Below, piece by piece: positions 1 through 13,169 of a stretch of 64,000 nucleotides of DNA. Each line of letters begins with the position of its first letter. Position 1 is the stretch's first letter. The notes beneath the pieces were generated by a model. The model worked only from the letters and a program-made list of their open reading frames with translations. It was not told the origin of the DNA and ran no database searches. Position numbers and translations under genes: made by a program. This stretch comes from Scyliorhinus canicula (Eukaryota): positions 4,712,001-4,776,000 of the forward strand of contig NC_052168.1 in NCBI RefSeq assembly GCF_902713615.1, read 5' to 3'.

Positions 1-1060
1 GTGTCTTGTACGTACTGTCATTCAAGGAGGGGAGTGGGGGGGGATGAGAGTCTCGGTGTGATGAGAGCACCGTGTTCCCAGCCTCGTGACAGTTGTTTGA
101 TGTTGTCTATATTTCTGGATGGATTTGCCAGTGTGTATGCATTGAAAGATGTTTATTTGATGGATGCGAGTGTGTGTGTGGAGCCAAGGCAGGTTTCACT
201 GACCCAAGAAGTATATATATATTGATATTTGGGGTTTTGCTGGCCTTTTTAAAAACTAGATAATAAAGAATGCACATTTTAAAGGAGGCGATAGGGTCCC
301 TCTTGTCAAATTACAGTATCTCATTTAAAAACAATTTTTAAGTTTAAAAAAAAAGAAAATGAGCTCACTGCCTCAAGAAAATTGGACAACTGTTTTGTAA
401 AACAACTAATTTATCTGGGCTGTTTATATTCGCAGTTGAGGTCCCCGCCCTAGTGTTCCTGCACCTCCCACCCTGAATAAAAAGCAAACTGTTAACAGTA
501 TTAGCACAGCTGAGATGAGGAGGAACACACCGCTGTTAGAATTTGCTGAGCGAGAGGAGATAGATTTGTATGCTGAGTTTTGAACTGTTGCACTTCCTGT
601 GTGTCCCACTGAATCCTCCCACCAACGCGACCGACCACCTCAGAAAATCGCAACATCCTGCCGAAGTTCAATCACCAGGGGAACGGGGCTGGGGAAAAGC
701 AGCAATGGTGCTGATTTCGTCCAACCGGGCACCGAAACAGAGGTCAGTTGCCAAGAAAAGGAAACCAAGGTTTTGAAAAGAGCGACGCCCTGCGAGGGAC
801 ATGGCTCACGTTGAAATCAAAGTGAAATCATTGTGGTAGTTTGCATCCCTGTCCAAAAGTGGAGTGAATCCCAATTGTACAGTCCTGCCCGCCCAGAACG
901 GAAATGTCAACGGGCCTGTTATCACTGGGTTGGGATTGGGGGGGGGGGGGGGGGGGGAGAGGGGGGTCAGTTTATGTGACTAGCCCCCTGTGCTCCATCA
1001 GCCGTGCTAATATTGTATTTATCTGCCTGTTATTGAGAATATTGTACAAATAAAAATCCG
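1..1060 (+). other. Probable 3' UTR end of an upstream plus-strand gene (SCAF1 would be expected by human synteny; not demonstrable here)
   Basis: Repeat-free, AT/GU-rich UTR-like sequence with AATAAA at ~476 and ~1048 (ttgtacaAATAAAaat); no coding exon visible. Confidence 0.35.
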
Positions 1061-4000
1061 ATTGTTACAGAGCGGAAGTTCTTGTCTCTTTCGAAGAAAA
1101 GCGGGACAGGAGGCAGGTGACGGCATCCGTCTTGTTTTTGGTTCCCCCCTAAGGTGGGGGATGTGAGGACAGGGGTTTACTACCTTTATCCATTGTCCAC
1201 CTGCTGAAAGGTGTGCGTCGATGCAGGACGGGCTGCAACCCCCCGCCCCCTCCCCCGCCAGAGTCATGAAGCCCTTTGTCCAGACCCACCCAGCGACTAC
1301 CTGGTGGCCACGTGAAGAGGTGCCGCTGTCTGGGGAGTCAGCCGAAGGAGACGGTCTCGTGGGCTTTCAGGTGAGTCACCCCAGCGCACCAGAAGGACAC
1401 GAGGCTCAGCAGGTGAGCTCTCTGAGGAGCAGGCCAGTAAGTCCCATGCCCCCCCGTTCTATCCCCGAAACCCTGCAGCGTTACCTCATCCAATCTCCTT
1501 TCCAAATCATCGACCCTTACTTCTTCCACTGCCCTCGTGAGCAACGCGTTCCAGGTTATTGCACCCCGGTGTGTAAAAGCCGGTTTTCTTCATGTCTCTC
1601 TTTTCCCCCAAAACCTTAAATCTGTCTCCCCGAGTCCATGCACCAGCCTTTAATGTGGCACATTGTCAAAGAGGGAGGGAGAGCTTCATACCTCGTCATT
1701 GAGTGTGTGTAGCACTTGGTCTGGGGTGGAAAGGATTCCTCCGCGTCATCTAGGAATTTTAAAACTTGAATTTCCCTCGTATCCTCTTTAGTGTCACCTG
1801 TCTACCTCTGTAGCATTCCTATAGACGCGTGTGCACACAATCGTCGCTGGCTGGGCCAGCGTTTATTGCCCATCCCTAATTGCCCTTGCTACGGTGGTGG
1901 TGAGCCGACTCCTTGATCCGCTGCAGTCCATGTGGTGTAGGTGCATCCATAGTCAGCTGATGGAAGCCATTCCCTACAGTTCTGCTGTAAGGAATGGCTT
2001 CTATCAGCTGACTGACTACCTGGTAATTCACCTTTTAAAAGAGAACAGGATAGGAAAAGAACACCTGGTTTGCAAACAAGGAAACCAAAGCAGCCTCCGA
2101 ACACAAGGTAGGGACAGCTGCCCAGGTCACTTCTCTCAGAGGAGGAACTACAGCCACATGAAGAGACAGGACCTCAGGAGCCTGTAGCAACGAGAACGAA
2201 ACTGGGTTTTATTTGATAAATGGAAACCAATGGCTTTGACCTCTTGCCCAGCACGAGTTAATGCTCCGTCCACATCCTGTTACCGGGACAGCGGCATGGG
2301 GTTCGCACTGCTGCCGACGGCGGCACAGTGGGTTAGCACTGCTGCCTACGGTGCTGAGGGCCCGGGTTCGATCCCGGTCCTGGGTCACTGTCCCCCTGTC
2401 TGCAGGGGTCTCACCCCCACAACCCAAAGATGTGCAGGGCAGGTGGATTGGCCACGCTAAACTGCCCCTTAATTGGGGAAAAAATGAAAAAGCAGTGCTG
2501 CCTCACAGCGCCAGGGACCCGGGTTCAATCCCGGCCTTGGGTGATTGCGGAGTCTAAACGTTCTCCCCGTATCTGCGTGTGTTTCCTCCGGGTGCTCCGG
2601 TTTCCCTCCCACAGTCCAAAAACGTGCAGGTTAGGTGGATTGCCCATGATAAATTGCTCCTTCGTGTTCAACAGTTAAGCAGGATAGGACTGGGGAGTGG
2701 GCCTAGGGAGGGTACTCTTTTGGAGGGTCTTTGCAGACTCGATGGGCTGAATGGCCACCTTCTGCACCGTATGGGACGATGGATCCTGGTGGGCGATTGT
2801 GTTGAGGGCCTGTGGAACAAATCCACCCTTGTGGGTGGAAGTGGCAATGTCGGAGGTGAGAAAAGCACGGCTGATTGCCCACTATGGCGTGAGAGATTCG
2901 AAGGAAGGCCCAGAGACAGGCAGGCAGGCAGAGCTGTAAGAGGACCTTCGATACGGCTGCTGTGTGACCTTCTGTTGGTGTTCGAGTGACACAAATTTGT
3001 ATTGTTTTGCCTCACCACTTACCACCCCCACCTCTGAGAGAAATGTACTGTACAAAGCTACAATTTCAATCAGTTTAGTAGAATCTTCGAAACCTACAGG
3101 AGGCCAATCAGCCCATTATACTTGGTGTTGGCTCTTCGGAAGAGCTGCTTAGCTTAGTCCCGCACTCCAGTCTGTCACCCTTGTTAACTCCTCATCCTCC
3201 GCTTCCCGTCTTCACTCCCTTTGAAAATTAGAGCATCAGCTTCCACCACCTTTTCAGGTACCATGTTCTAGATGATCTCATTTCTCGATCTTTTTTCCCA
3301 ATGAATTAAAATCTACGTTTATTTATTGACGCACTGGCCAGAAGGAATCGATCAAAACCCCAAGGAGAACATTTCTAACTTTTCCAACCTCCTAGTTTCA
3401 AACGACTTTGCAACTTAAAATAAAATTAAAGAAAAGGTGATCGGGCATTTCTAGCGGAATGGAATTGCACTTGAAGCACCGTCACATTCAAAGGAACAAG
3501 TACTGGTAATTGGATTGGTTTGGTGGTTTCGCTTGGCAAAGTACTGCAGTGGTTTGCCGTTACCTGCTACAGTCTGGCTGGCCAGATAACCCTTCCACTC
3601 TTGCCACATCAGAAGGATATACAGGTTGATATTCAACCTGTTGGCCACGTTATGAATTGCATGAACATCGAGTCCTGAAGTGGGATTCGAACTTATGGCC
3701 CAGTGGTCGGGACACTACCGACCTTGCTGCAAGACCCCTCTCGTAGTCCAAAGTTAGTATATATGAAAGTCACTCATAAATGGGAGAGGCGGCGGCATTG
3801 TGCCTGGACTAGTAAACCAGAGACCCAGAGTAATAACCTGGGGGCAATTTGGGTTCAAATCCCGCCACTGCAGATGGTGAAATTTGAATTCAATAAAACA
3901 AAGGTGGAATTAAAAGTCTAATGATAACCATTGTCGTAGAAACCCATCTGGTTCACTAATGTCGTTTAGGGAAGGAAATCTGCTGTCCTTACCTGGTCTG

Positions 4001-6100
4001 GCCTACACGTGACTCCAGATCCACAGCAATGTGGTTGACTCTTACCTGCTCCCACAAGGGCAAGTAGGGATGGGCAATAAATGGTGGCACATACCGAATT
4101 TTAAAAAAAAATCAATTTGGAACTCAAGTCGCTTGTTTGCGGAGAGAGTGGCGAGGATATGAAACTCTTCCGCAGAGAGTGGTTGGAAGTAAATAGCGTA
4201 GAGTTAGTTAAACAAGTGGAGGTGACTCGGAACAAGCCAAGTCATCATAGAACATAGAAAAATACAGCGCAGAACAGGCCCTTCGACCCACGATGTTGTG
4301 CCGAACTGTTGTCCTAGATTAAGAACAAATTAATCTACACCCCATCATTCTACCGTAATCCATGTACCTATCCAATAGCCGCTTGAAGGTCCCTAATTTT
4401 TCCGAAAGTCGGAGGATCTGTCTGCAGTCCCACTGCTGACCAGACCAGTGAAATTTAGCCGTGTTTAAACCAACATCCACGGGGGGGGGGCAATCAAATT
4501 GTTGGAAGGGGTGCAGAGAGATCAATTGAGTAGCACAGTGGTTAGCACAGTTGCTTCACAGCTCCAGGGTCCCACGTTCGATTCCCCGCTGGGTCACTGT
4601 CTGTGCGGAGTCTGCACGTTCTCCCCGTGTCTGCGTGGGTTTCCTCCGGGTGCTCCGGTTTCCTCCGACAGTCCAAAGACGTGCAGGTTAGGTGGATTGA
4701 CCGTGATAAATTGCCCTTCGTGTCCAAAAACGGTTAAGTAGGGGTTACTGTGTTACGGGGATAGGGTAGATACTTGGGCTTGAGTAAGGGCTGGTGCAGA
4801 CTCGATGGGCCGAATGGCCTCCTGCACTGTAAATAAATTCTATGAATCAAAATTCATGAATACATCAGCAGATCACTGGTAGTGTTGCTCCTGAGTCAGA
4901 GCTGAGACCGCAGTGCTAACCACTACGCCACCGTGGTGCAGTGGTTAACACTGCTGTACCACCTCCAGGGCCCCGGGTTCGATTCCTGGTTTGGGTCACT
5001 GTCTGTGTGGAGTTTGCACGTTCTCCCTGTGTCTGCGTGGGTTTCCTCCAGGTGCTCCGGTGTCCTCCCACAGTCCAAAGAGGTGCAGGTTAGGTGGGTT
5101 GGCCACGCTAAATTGTCCCTTAGTGTCGAAAAAGTTAGGTGGGGTTACTGGGTTGTGAGGATAGGGTGGAGGCCTGGGCTTAAGTGAAGTGTTCTTTTGG
5201 AGGATTGGTGCAGACTTGATGGGCCGAATGGCCTCCTGCTGCACTGTAGATTCTATGACCGTATAACCTGTGGGGGTGGGGGGGGGGGGGGGGGGGGGGG
5301 GGGGGGTGGTTGGGGGGGGGGGGGGGGGGGGGTGGTTGAGGGGGGGGGGGGGTCCCTAGTGCAGGGCGGCCCTTCATCATGACACCAACAGTGGGAGCAG
5401 ACTAGCTTCAAAACTTTCAACGTGGATTATGTCGGCACAGCAATGCAACACGTGAAAACTTTTTTGCCGCAGTTAATTTTCCAAATTGAAACAACACCCG
5501 CAGAACAAAAGATAAAAGCAAATTACTGCAGATGCTGGAATCTGAGACAAAAACAGAAAATGCCGGACGATATCAGCAGGTCTGGCGGGGGTCTGTGGAG
5601 AGAGAGAGAGACGGAGCTACGGTTTCGAGCCTGTGAACCACTTAACAGACTTAACAGTTCAACGGTGAACGAGGGAATGATCCTAAATGCATCCCACCAC
5701 AGTCAGAATCGAAAGCTACCTGGCCCGGCAGGTTCACACCTTAATGCGCGTCTCCAGGCGCTGAGCAGAACCGAATTCCAAGCAGGATCCGCCCCCCCCC
5801 CCCCACAAAAAGGCAGGCATAATAATAATAATCTTTATTACTGTCACAAATAGGCTTACATTAACAGCTCTCTGGATCGCATTGATTGCCCGAAGTCAAT
5901 GGGTTTTTCCACTGTCGGTGTCACGCCCGGGGCGGTTTTACATCGGGTGGGGGGGGGAGAATCCAGCCCATTGTCCACTCCGTCAGCGGTCAATATCGGT
6001 CAGCGGTCAGTATCGGTCAGTATCGGTCAGCGATTAGTATCCTGTCACTGGTCAGTATCGGTCACCGTTAGCCGGCTGCTGGAGAGTGGCGGTGCTTTGC

Positions 6101-6253
6101 CTAATTGACATCCATGTACTGCTCCAAAATGGAGAGGAAGCTGGAGGAGGAGAGAGTGTCGGAGACCTGGAGATCGACATTCTCACTCTGCAGCGAGGAT
6201 GCTCCCACGCCGTGCGCCAGTTCGTGTAATAATTTGAAGATCACAGGCGTCAC
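6101..6253 (-). CDS. IRF3: IRF3 last coding exon ([50 protein letters not shown])
   Basis: ttgtttag acceptor, phase 0; GASSL and DLQVS match human IRF3 GASSL(S385/386)...DLHIS; TAG at 6103-6101. Confidence 0.93.
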   Translation of the reverse strand: MTPVIFKLLHELAHGVGASSLQSENVDLQVSDTLSSSSFLSILEQYMDVN

Positions 6254-7308
6254 CTAAACAAGGGGGGGGGGGGAGGGGATAAAATTCATCAGTACAGAAG
6301 CTGGAAACGGGGTGGGGGGGGGGGGTTATACATACATGAACTTAAAGACGGCAGGTCTCAGTAATCGCTGCATTCACAAAGCACCTCGTCGCACCTTTCA
6401 AACATCCCACGTCACTTCAAATACCCTTCTCAAACAAAACTAGCTCGCGAGGGATATTTAAAAAAATCTAATTTTAGAGAATCCAATTCTTCATTTCCAA
6501 TTAAGGGGCAAGTTAGCGTGGTCAATCCACTTGACCTGCACATCTTTGGGTTGTGGGGGTGAAACCCACGCAGACACGGGAAGAATGTGCAAGCTCCACA
6601 CGGACAGTGACACGGGGCCTGGATCGAACACAGGTCCTCGACGCCGTGAGTGCAGCAGTGCTAGCCACTGCGCCACCAGGCTGAATGGCCTCCTTCTGTT
6701 GCTAATCTCAATTATGTAGTTAGACCAAGAAAGGAAATGAATATTGTGTGGAGGTTTTCAGTGGTGATAATAATAACAATAATCTTTATTATTGTCACAA
6801 GTAGGCTTACATTAACACTGCAATGAAGTTACTGTGAAAATCCCCTAGTCGCCACATTATTCGGGTGTGTACCGAGGGAGACTCTGAGATTGGCGTTGAG
6901 AAGAGGCGAGAGAGCACCAGGGTGGGTGCGTAGCACAAGTGGCTAGCACTGTGGCTTCACAGCGCCAGGGCCCCAGGTTCGATTCCCCGCTGGGTCACTG
7001 CCTGTGCGGAGTCTGCACGTCCTCCCCGTGTCTCCGTGGGTTTCCTCCCACAGTCCAAAGACGTGCAAGTTGGGTGGATTGGCCATGGTAAATCACCCTT
7101 AGGTGACCAAAAAGGTTAGGAGGGGTTATTGGGTTTTCGGAGATGGGGTGGAAGTGGAGGCTTGAGTGGGTCGGTGCAGCCTCGATGGGCCGAATGGCCT
7201 CCTTCTGCACTGTATGATCCATATTCATTAGTGGGGACAGTGGGGCGAGGATGAAGTTAAGAGGTGAGTTGTTTGCCTCACTGTGATATTACCACAAGTT
7301 GGCCTTAC

Positions 7309-7430
7309 CTGGACCATGATCATCTTTTTATTCCAGGGTTTATGGTCAGGGTCGGGCCAGAGTTCCCCGAAGCAAAGCCAAATGGAGTAGTTTGGAGAGC
7401 AAGCCGAGGTTTCCAGAAATGCCTGTATTT
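7309..7430 (-). CDS. IRF3: IRF3 coding exon 7 (EIQAFLETSACSPNYSIWLCFGELWPDPDHKPWNKKMIMVQ)
   Basis: ctccacag acceptor / gtaagg donor, phase 1->0; resembles human [28 protein letters not shown]. Confidence 0.93.
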
Positions 7431-7639
7431 CTGTGGAGGAAGGTTTAGAATATTTACTGTACTCTTATCAGCTCTGCCATCTCAGTGAGGTCATTGGCGA
7501 TCTGCAGCATCCTTTAAACAGCCTCTAACAATCGGCACTTATACCAGCGGCCGGCTCGAGGACTCGACGTGGGTTCCTCGAGACTTCCCCCTTGTACGTT
7601 GTCTGTGCGCTCTGATCTCCCCACGGCCCTGGGAACTGT

Positions 7640-8248
7640 GGGCAGCATTCTCTCAGCCCAGGGTCAGGCCGGAGAATCCACGTGACCGGCGCAAATCGGA
7701 GAATTGGCACCGGCGTGGTTGGCGAGGTGTCGGTCAGGGGCCGCTCTACGCGCCCCCCCCCCCCCCCCCCTCCTCCCCCCCACACCACCACCACCACCCT
7801 CCACCACCAATTCACGGCCCAGGTTGGGCTGAGCTGCCGTCGTAAAATACCCCAGGGGAGGGGATCCAACCCCGGGGGGGGGGCTCCATCGTGGCCTGGC
7901 CCGATCGGGGCCCACCGATCGGCAGGTCAGCCTCTCTGGCTGGGGGCCCTCCTTTCTTCCACGCCGGCCCCTGTAGCCCTGCGCCATGTTGCGTCGGGGC
8001 CGGCGCGTTGAAGGCAGCCACTGCGCGTGCCCGCGTTGGCGCCGGTGCCATTGCGCACGCGCGGATCCCGCGGCGCCCAGTCCACGCCAGGTTCAGCAGC
8101 TGGAGCGCCGTGGATCGCTCCAGCGCCGTGCCGGCCCCCCTGTAGGGGCCGGAATTGCTGGTCCTGAGGCCGTGGCGACGCCGTCGAGAAACACGACGCC
8201 GTTTCCGACGGCATCAACACTGAGCCTCAGGATCACAGAATCCCGCCC
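7640..8248. mobile_element. GC-rich MITE-like element (related copies at ~42111-42660 and ~44878-45628; smaller relatives at ~5870, 8605, 11085, 28271, 36290)
   Basis: Imperfect terminal inverted repeats gggcagcattctc / agaatcccgccc; internal similarity between copies. Confidence 0.65.
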
Positions 8249-8848
8249 TGGATTCTTTCAAACTGAGGCAACTTTTAAAGGGTTATTTCATGAGAAGTGG
8301 GCGTCGCTGGGCATTTGTTGCCCATCCCGAATTGCCCCTTGAACTGAGAGTCTCGCTCGGCCATTTCAGAGGGGGGGGCAGTTAAGGGTCACCCACATGT
8401 CTGTGGGTCTGGAGTCACATGTAGGCCAGACCGGGTAAGGACGGCAGATTTCCCTCCCTGAAGGGACATTAGTGAACCAGGTGGGTCTTTCCGATAATTG
8501 ATGATTACTGAGACTAGCTTTTATATTCTTGAGTTCAAAAAAATTTGATAAAACTGATCCCAATTGTGCCCCACCCTGACTTGACAAACTCTTTGAATCA
8601 TACGGTGGGATTCTCCGTTTTCTGGTGTGACGCTCCCCCACTGGCAGAGGGACTCTGCGTCCCAGCGGGGGATTCCCATTGTGGGCACTCCCCAACGCCG
8701 TGGGGAAATCCCCGGGGTGAATGCGCCACCGGCAAAGCGGAGGATCCTGCTCCAGGATGTCTAAAGTGTGACTTGAACGATGTGACTTGTTGTCCAGCAG
8801 ATGTCTCAACGTAACTACGAGTTGAATTTTATCATCCCCGGCACTCAC

Positions 8849-9217
8849 CGTTAACAAATGTCTGCAGATCGTACAGGACCGTGAAGTCCCTGTTGGAGAT
8901 CTGCTGAGGTTCACAACTGTCGGGATATTCCGTCATTGTCCAGAAGCCTCTGCAGCCCCCAAGCCTCCGCCCGCAGATCTGAGTGTTCTGTACCTCCAGT
9001 ATCAGCCCTTGGTCCATGCGATCCAGCAGTCTTTCCGTGTACTTGATTTGTCGCTGGTCACTAACCGGTACGGCCGCGGGCGCCGGGAACTGGACATCCT
9101 GCAGGTGGGGGAAGGTAGATGCCGAGCTGTAGAAAAGGCGGAAGCCGTTGGGGTTTTTCACAACTTGCTCCTGGACCTTCTTCCCGCGATAGAAGACTTT
9201 CACCTCAAAGTCGGTAA
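8849..9217 (-). CDS. IRF3: IRF3 coding exon 6, IRF-association (SMAD/FHA-like) domain
   Basis: cccacag / gtgagt, 369 nt, phase 1->1; TDFEVKVFYRG...DQRQIKYTERLL...CGRRLGGCRGFW. Confidence 0.93.
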
Positions 9218-10496
9218 CTGTGGGGGCACAAGTTTGCGTGAATACTTAACCCACCCGCACATCGTATTAACTGCAATCTTGGACTGATGTGCCTCATTTC
9301 AGCTCCAATGGCCACCCTCACACCTTGTAAAGCATTAATCATACCGCAGCGTAGAGCCTGTTCAAACTCAACACCTTTTCATCCATCAATTTACGGTTAC
9401 TCCTTCCATGGTCAGCCCAGGAGAATGATACCTGCACTCCCAAGGGTTAAGTTACGAGGAGAGGTTATGTAAACTAGCGTTGTGCACCCTGGAAGCAGAG
9501 GGTTAAAGGATAACGTGAGTGATGTCTTCACAGCACAGTGGTTAGCACTGTTGCTTCACAGCGCCGGGGTCCCACGTTCGATTCCCTGCTTGGGTCACTG
9601 TGTGCGCGGGGTCTGCACGTTCTCCCCGTGTCTGCGTGGGTTTCCTCCGGGTGCTCCGGTTTCCTCCCACAAGTCCCGAAAGACGTGCTTGTTGGGTGAA
9701 TTGGACATTCTGAATTCTCCCTCCGTGTACCCGAACAGGTGCCTGAATATGGCAACTAGGGGATTTGCACAGTAACTTCGTTGCAGTGTTAATGTAAACC
9801 TACTTGTGACATTAATAAAGATTATTATTATTAATATTAAGATAGTTTCAAGAATTGACAGGGTCGATAGAGAGACACTAAGTTGGGGAGTCTGCAACTA
9901 GGGAGAAGAGTCTAAAGATTAGACCTTACAGGAGTGAAATTGGGAAACATTTTTACACATCGAAGATTGAAATTCAGTCCCTCAAGTGGACATTAGACCA
10001 ACTGTTAATTCGAAATCTGAGATTTCTAGATTTTTGTTAACTAAAGGGAAACGGGGTGAAGGCAGCTCTCTGGAGTTAGGTCGCAGGCCAGCCCGGTTCT
10101 CGTTGAATGGTGAAAGGGGCTGAATGGCCTACTGCTGCTGTATTGCTAAGCTGTGTTTGTGCTCCGGGCTGTTACTCTTTTCTCCCTGTGAAGCAAAATT
10201 TTTAAAAATGTTTAGCTAGCACCGATTCAGTTTACAGGATGTTGCGAACTTCGTTACAGTCGACTTTTGAAATGTCCCCAGTGCCTTCAAGCCGCCAGTG
10301 AGCACGCAGTGAGATCGGCGGACAGCAGCGAGATGGGACAGGCTGTTTTTGACAACATTGGCTGAGGACACTGTACTGACCAAGGACACTGAATGCGCCC
10401 CTCTTCCACATTGTCCCAAGAATATTTCACTGAGAGAGTGGGCAGGGAATTAACCGAGCCACCCACCACCAAAAGGTCAGAACAGTTCAAACTAAC

Positions 10497-10733
10497 CAAG
10501 TGCGCCATTTGAAATGAATTCCTTCATCTGCGTTTCAAAGTCGCCAATGTTTGGGATCACGATGTTGGGGTATCCGAATGGAGACGGCATCGCGCACGCG
10601 GCCCCTTCACCCACGCCGGGGTACGTGAGATCTGCTTGGCTCATATCTCTTGGCGACGTAGTGTAGTCTGGAGAATAGTGGAGGGGACTGAAAGACATGT
10701 CTGCCTCCATCAGGGAGCCTTGTCCATCGTACT
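10497..10733 (-). CDS. IRF3: IRF3 coding exon 5 (linker, EYDGQGSLMEADMSFSP...EFISNGAL)
   Basis: attttag / gttagt, 237 nt open, phase 1->1 consistent with neighbouring exons. Confidence 0.8.
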
Positions 10734-11772
10734 CTAAAATGAGAAAGAGATGACGTTAGATCAACCTGCAGGATTTCCCCCCCGCCTGTCACTCTCTCAC
10801 CCGGTGTGAGGCGACTGGGGGAAGAGTTCAACGGCTGCTCCCAAATCCAGAGGACCCCCCCCCCCCCCTCTCTGTGGTAGAACTATAATGCACCAATTGG
10901 GCACCATGATCGGTCCATTTCCAAATTCACTGACTCCTGAGAAATTCAGTCAGACTGGAGCAGGGCTCAGACTAATTCAGTCACTCTAATCCGTTAGAGG
11001 CGGAACGTGCAGTGCTGCAGTTTTCAAACGGAAGAGTCCTTCTTCTCCGCAGACGCTCTTCTTCCCATCCTCACCAAGACCCTGGGCGGAATGTCCCCTC
11101 TCGCCGGCCGGTCAATGGGGTTTCCCATTGTGGGGGCAGCCCCACTCCATCGGGAAACCCCCCCCCGGGCAGCCGGTAAAACGGAGAATCCCAACGGCAG
11201 AGAATCCCGGCCCCTGTATTTCACCTCCGCCCTCCTCGGGCACTGCATTGGGCGGAAGGCAACAGTTTAAAATCCCACGCATACGCACCCTCCTCACTCA
11301 TGGTCCTCCGGATTGACCAATCGTACTGTCCCTTGATCGTGCTCAAGCAACTAGAGTGGGAACTGACCCACGACCTTCTGAGCCCGAATCTAGAGGGTTA
11401 GCCACTGAGTGGGAAAGGGCCATCCGTAACCAATAGGGGAAAAGCAGACCAATTGTTCCTGATGGATGTGGACAACCTGCCCAACTCCCTTGTGGTCTAG
11501 CGTGACTTGCCAAGTGCACTGTCTGGTAGGTCTCGTGTTAGATTCTGGCATTTCTGGCCGGGGACTTAGCTCTTGAGGTGTGGGGAAATGATAGGGAGGG
11601 GTGCTCAAACTGACCGCAGTCCCCCCCTTAAACTGCGACGGTAATAATCCATGGTTGAGCCACCCTTTTATTGGGGGTGCGTTTTGCGAAGAGAGGCCTG
11701 ACCAAGGCTTCAGTGCCCTCACGGAATAAAAGCCTGAAATAGGAAGGGAGCAAAGAAAACACCATCGTGTAC

Positions 11773-11824
11773 CTGGTGGTTGGTCAAATATTGTCATGTC
11801 GCTCAAGCTGTCTTCGAGGATTTC
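11773..11824 (-). CDS. IRF3: IRF3 coding exon 4 (EILEDSLSDMTIFDQPP)
   Basis: ttccatcag / gtacac, 52 nt, phase 0->1; required to reconcile the phases of the flanking exons; resembles the IRF3 NES-like segment (human DILDELLGNM). Confidence 0.75.
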
Positions 11825-12002
11825 CTGATGGAAGATGCAAGAAGATTATTCCACAGGCACGCAAGACAGAACACAACCCTGATTTCAACAGTGATTTCAT
11901 TGACCGCATTCCTTCGCCCTCAAATCTACCCACTGGCGAATGGGAAGGGAACGTCTAGGGCCGGTTGATTACCGCGACATTTTACGATCTACCCTACTGG
12001 AA

Positions 12003-12530
12003 GGAGTGCCACACTCCCAGAAGGACGTGGAGGCTTTAGAGAGGGCGCAGAAGAGATTTACCAGGATGCTGCCTGGTGTGGAGGGCGTTAGCTATGAGGA
12101 GCGGTTGAATAAACTCGGTTTGTTCTCACTGGAACGACGGAGGTTGAGGGGCGACCTGATAGAGGTCTACAAAAATATGAGGGGCATAGACAGAGTGGAT
12201 AGTCAGTGACTTTTTCCCAGGGTAGAGGGGTCAATTACTAGGGGGCATAGGTTTAAGGTGCGAGGGGCAAGATTTAGAGGAGATGTACGAGGCAAGTTTT
12301 TTTACACAGAGGGTAGTGGGTGCCTGGAACTCGCTGCCGGAGGAGGTGGTGGAAGTAGGGACCATAGTGACGTTTAAAGGGCATCTTGACAAATACATGA
12401 ATAGGATGGGAATAGAGGGATACGGACCCCGGAAGTGTAGAAGATTTTAGTTTAGACAGGCAGCATGGTCGGCACAGGCTTGGAGGGCCGAAGGGCCTGT
12501 TCCTGTGCTGTACTTTTCTTTGTTCTTTGT
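12003..12530 (+). mobile_element. CR1-clade LINE 3' fragment
   Basis: ORF2 C-terminus DVEALERAQKRFTRMLPG...LRGDLIEVYK and the typical tail gggccgaagggcctgttcctgtgctgtac. Confidence 0.9.
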
Positions 12531-12980
12531 TTGAATCGGCAGCCTGGGGCTCTATCATCCAGAACGTTGAGGCGACCGAGTGACCTCTCTAAATTTCTGA
12601 AAGGGTTCGACGGGCACGGAGAAAACGTTTCCGCCCGTGGGCAAGGCTGGAAGGTCATCGATATAAAATTGTCACTAACGAATCCAACCGGGGCTTCATT
12701 AGAGAGCTCTTTACCAGAGAGTGGGGAGAATGTGAAACTCACTACTCCCAGAATTGGATTTGAGCGGAAGGTGGATATGAACTCATGAGGGGGGAAAGAA
12801 TGGGAGGACGTGTTGGTGGGGTTTTGATAAAGAGTGCAGGTTGGGGGAGGGGGGCGGGGGGGGGGGGGGGGGGGGTGGAGCAGGACGGTCTGGGTCGGTG
12901 TTGTGAAGTTCGATGTGAGATAAGGAACGTTCCAGGACACGGCGCTACATCAGTTAAATTGTGACATGGACTTGCGGTAC

Positions 12981-13072
12981 CAGGTTTGGAGGTGTACTGG
13001 CAGGGAGACCAGGGCTGGTGTTGCCAATCGCTGGGCTGATTTCCTCACTCTCCTCAGCACTGGCCCCCGGGC
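12981..13072 (-). CDS. IRF3: IRF3 coding exon 3 (GPGASAEESEEISPAIGNTSPGLPASTPPNL)
   Basis: ctctgtag acceptor, gtaccg donor, phase 1->0; S/P-rich linker. Confidence 0.72.
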
Positions 13073-13169
13073 CTACAGAGACAGAAAATTCAACAGAATT
13101 AACTTTATAAATAGGGACAATTCGTAGGTTTCCTGTTTGTTCCATGTCAGCAGTAATGGAACGTTTAGG

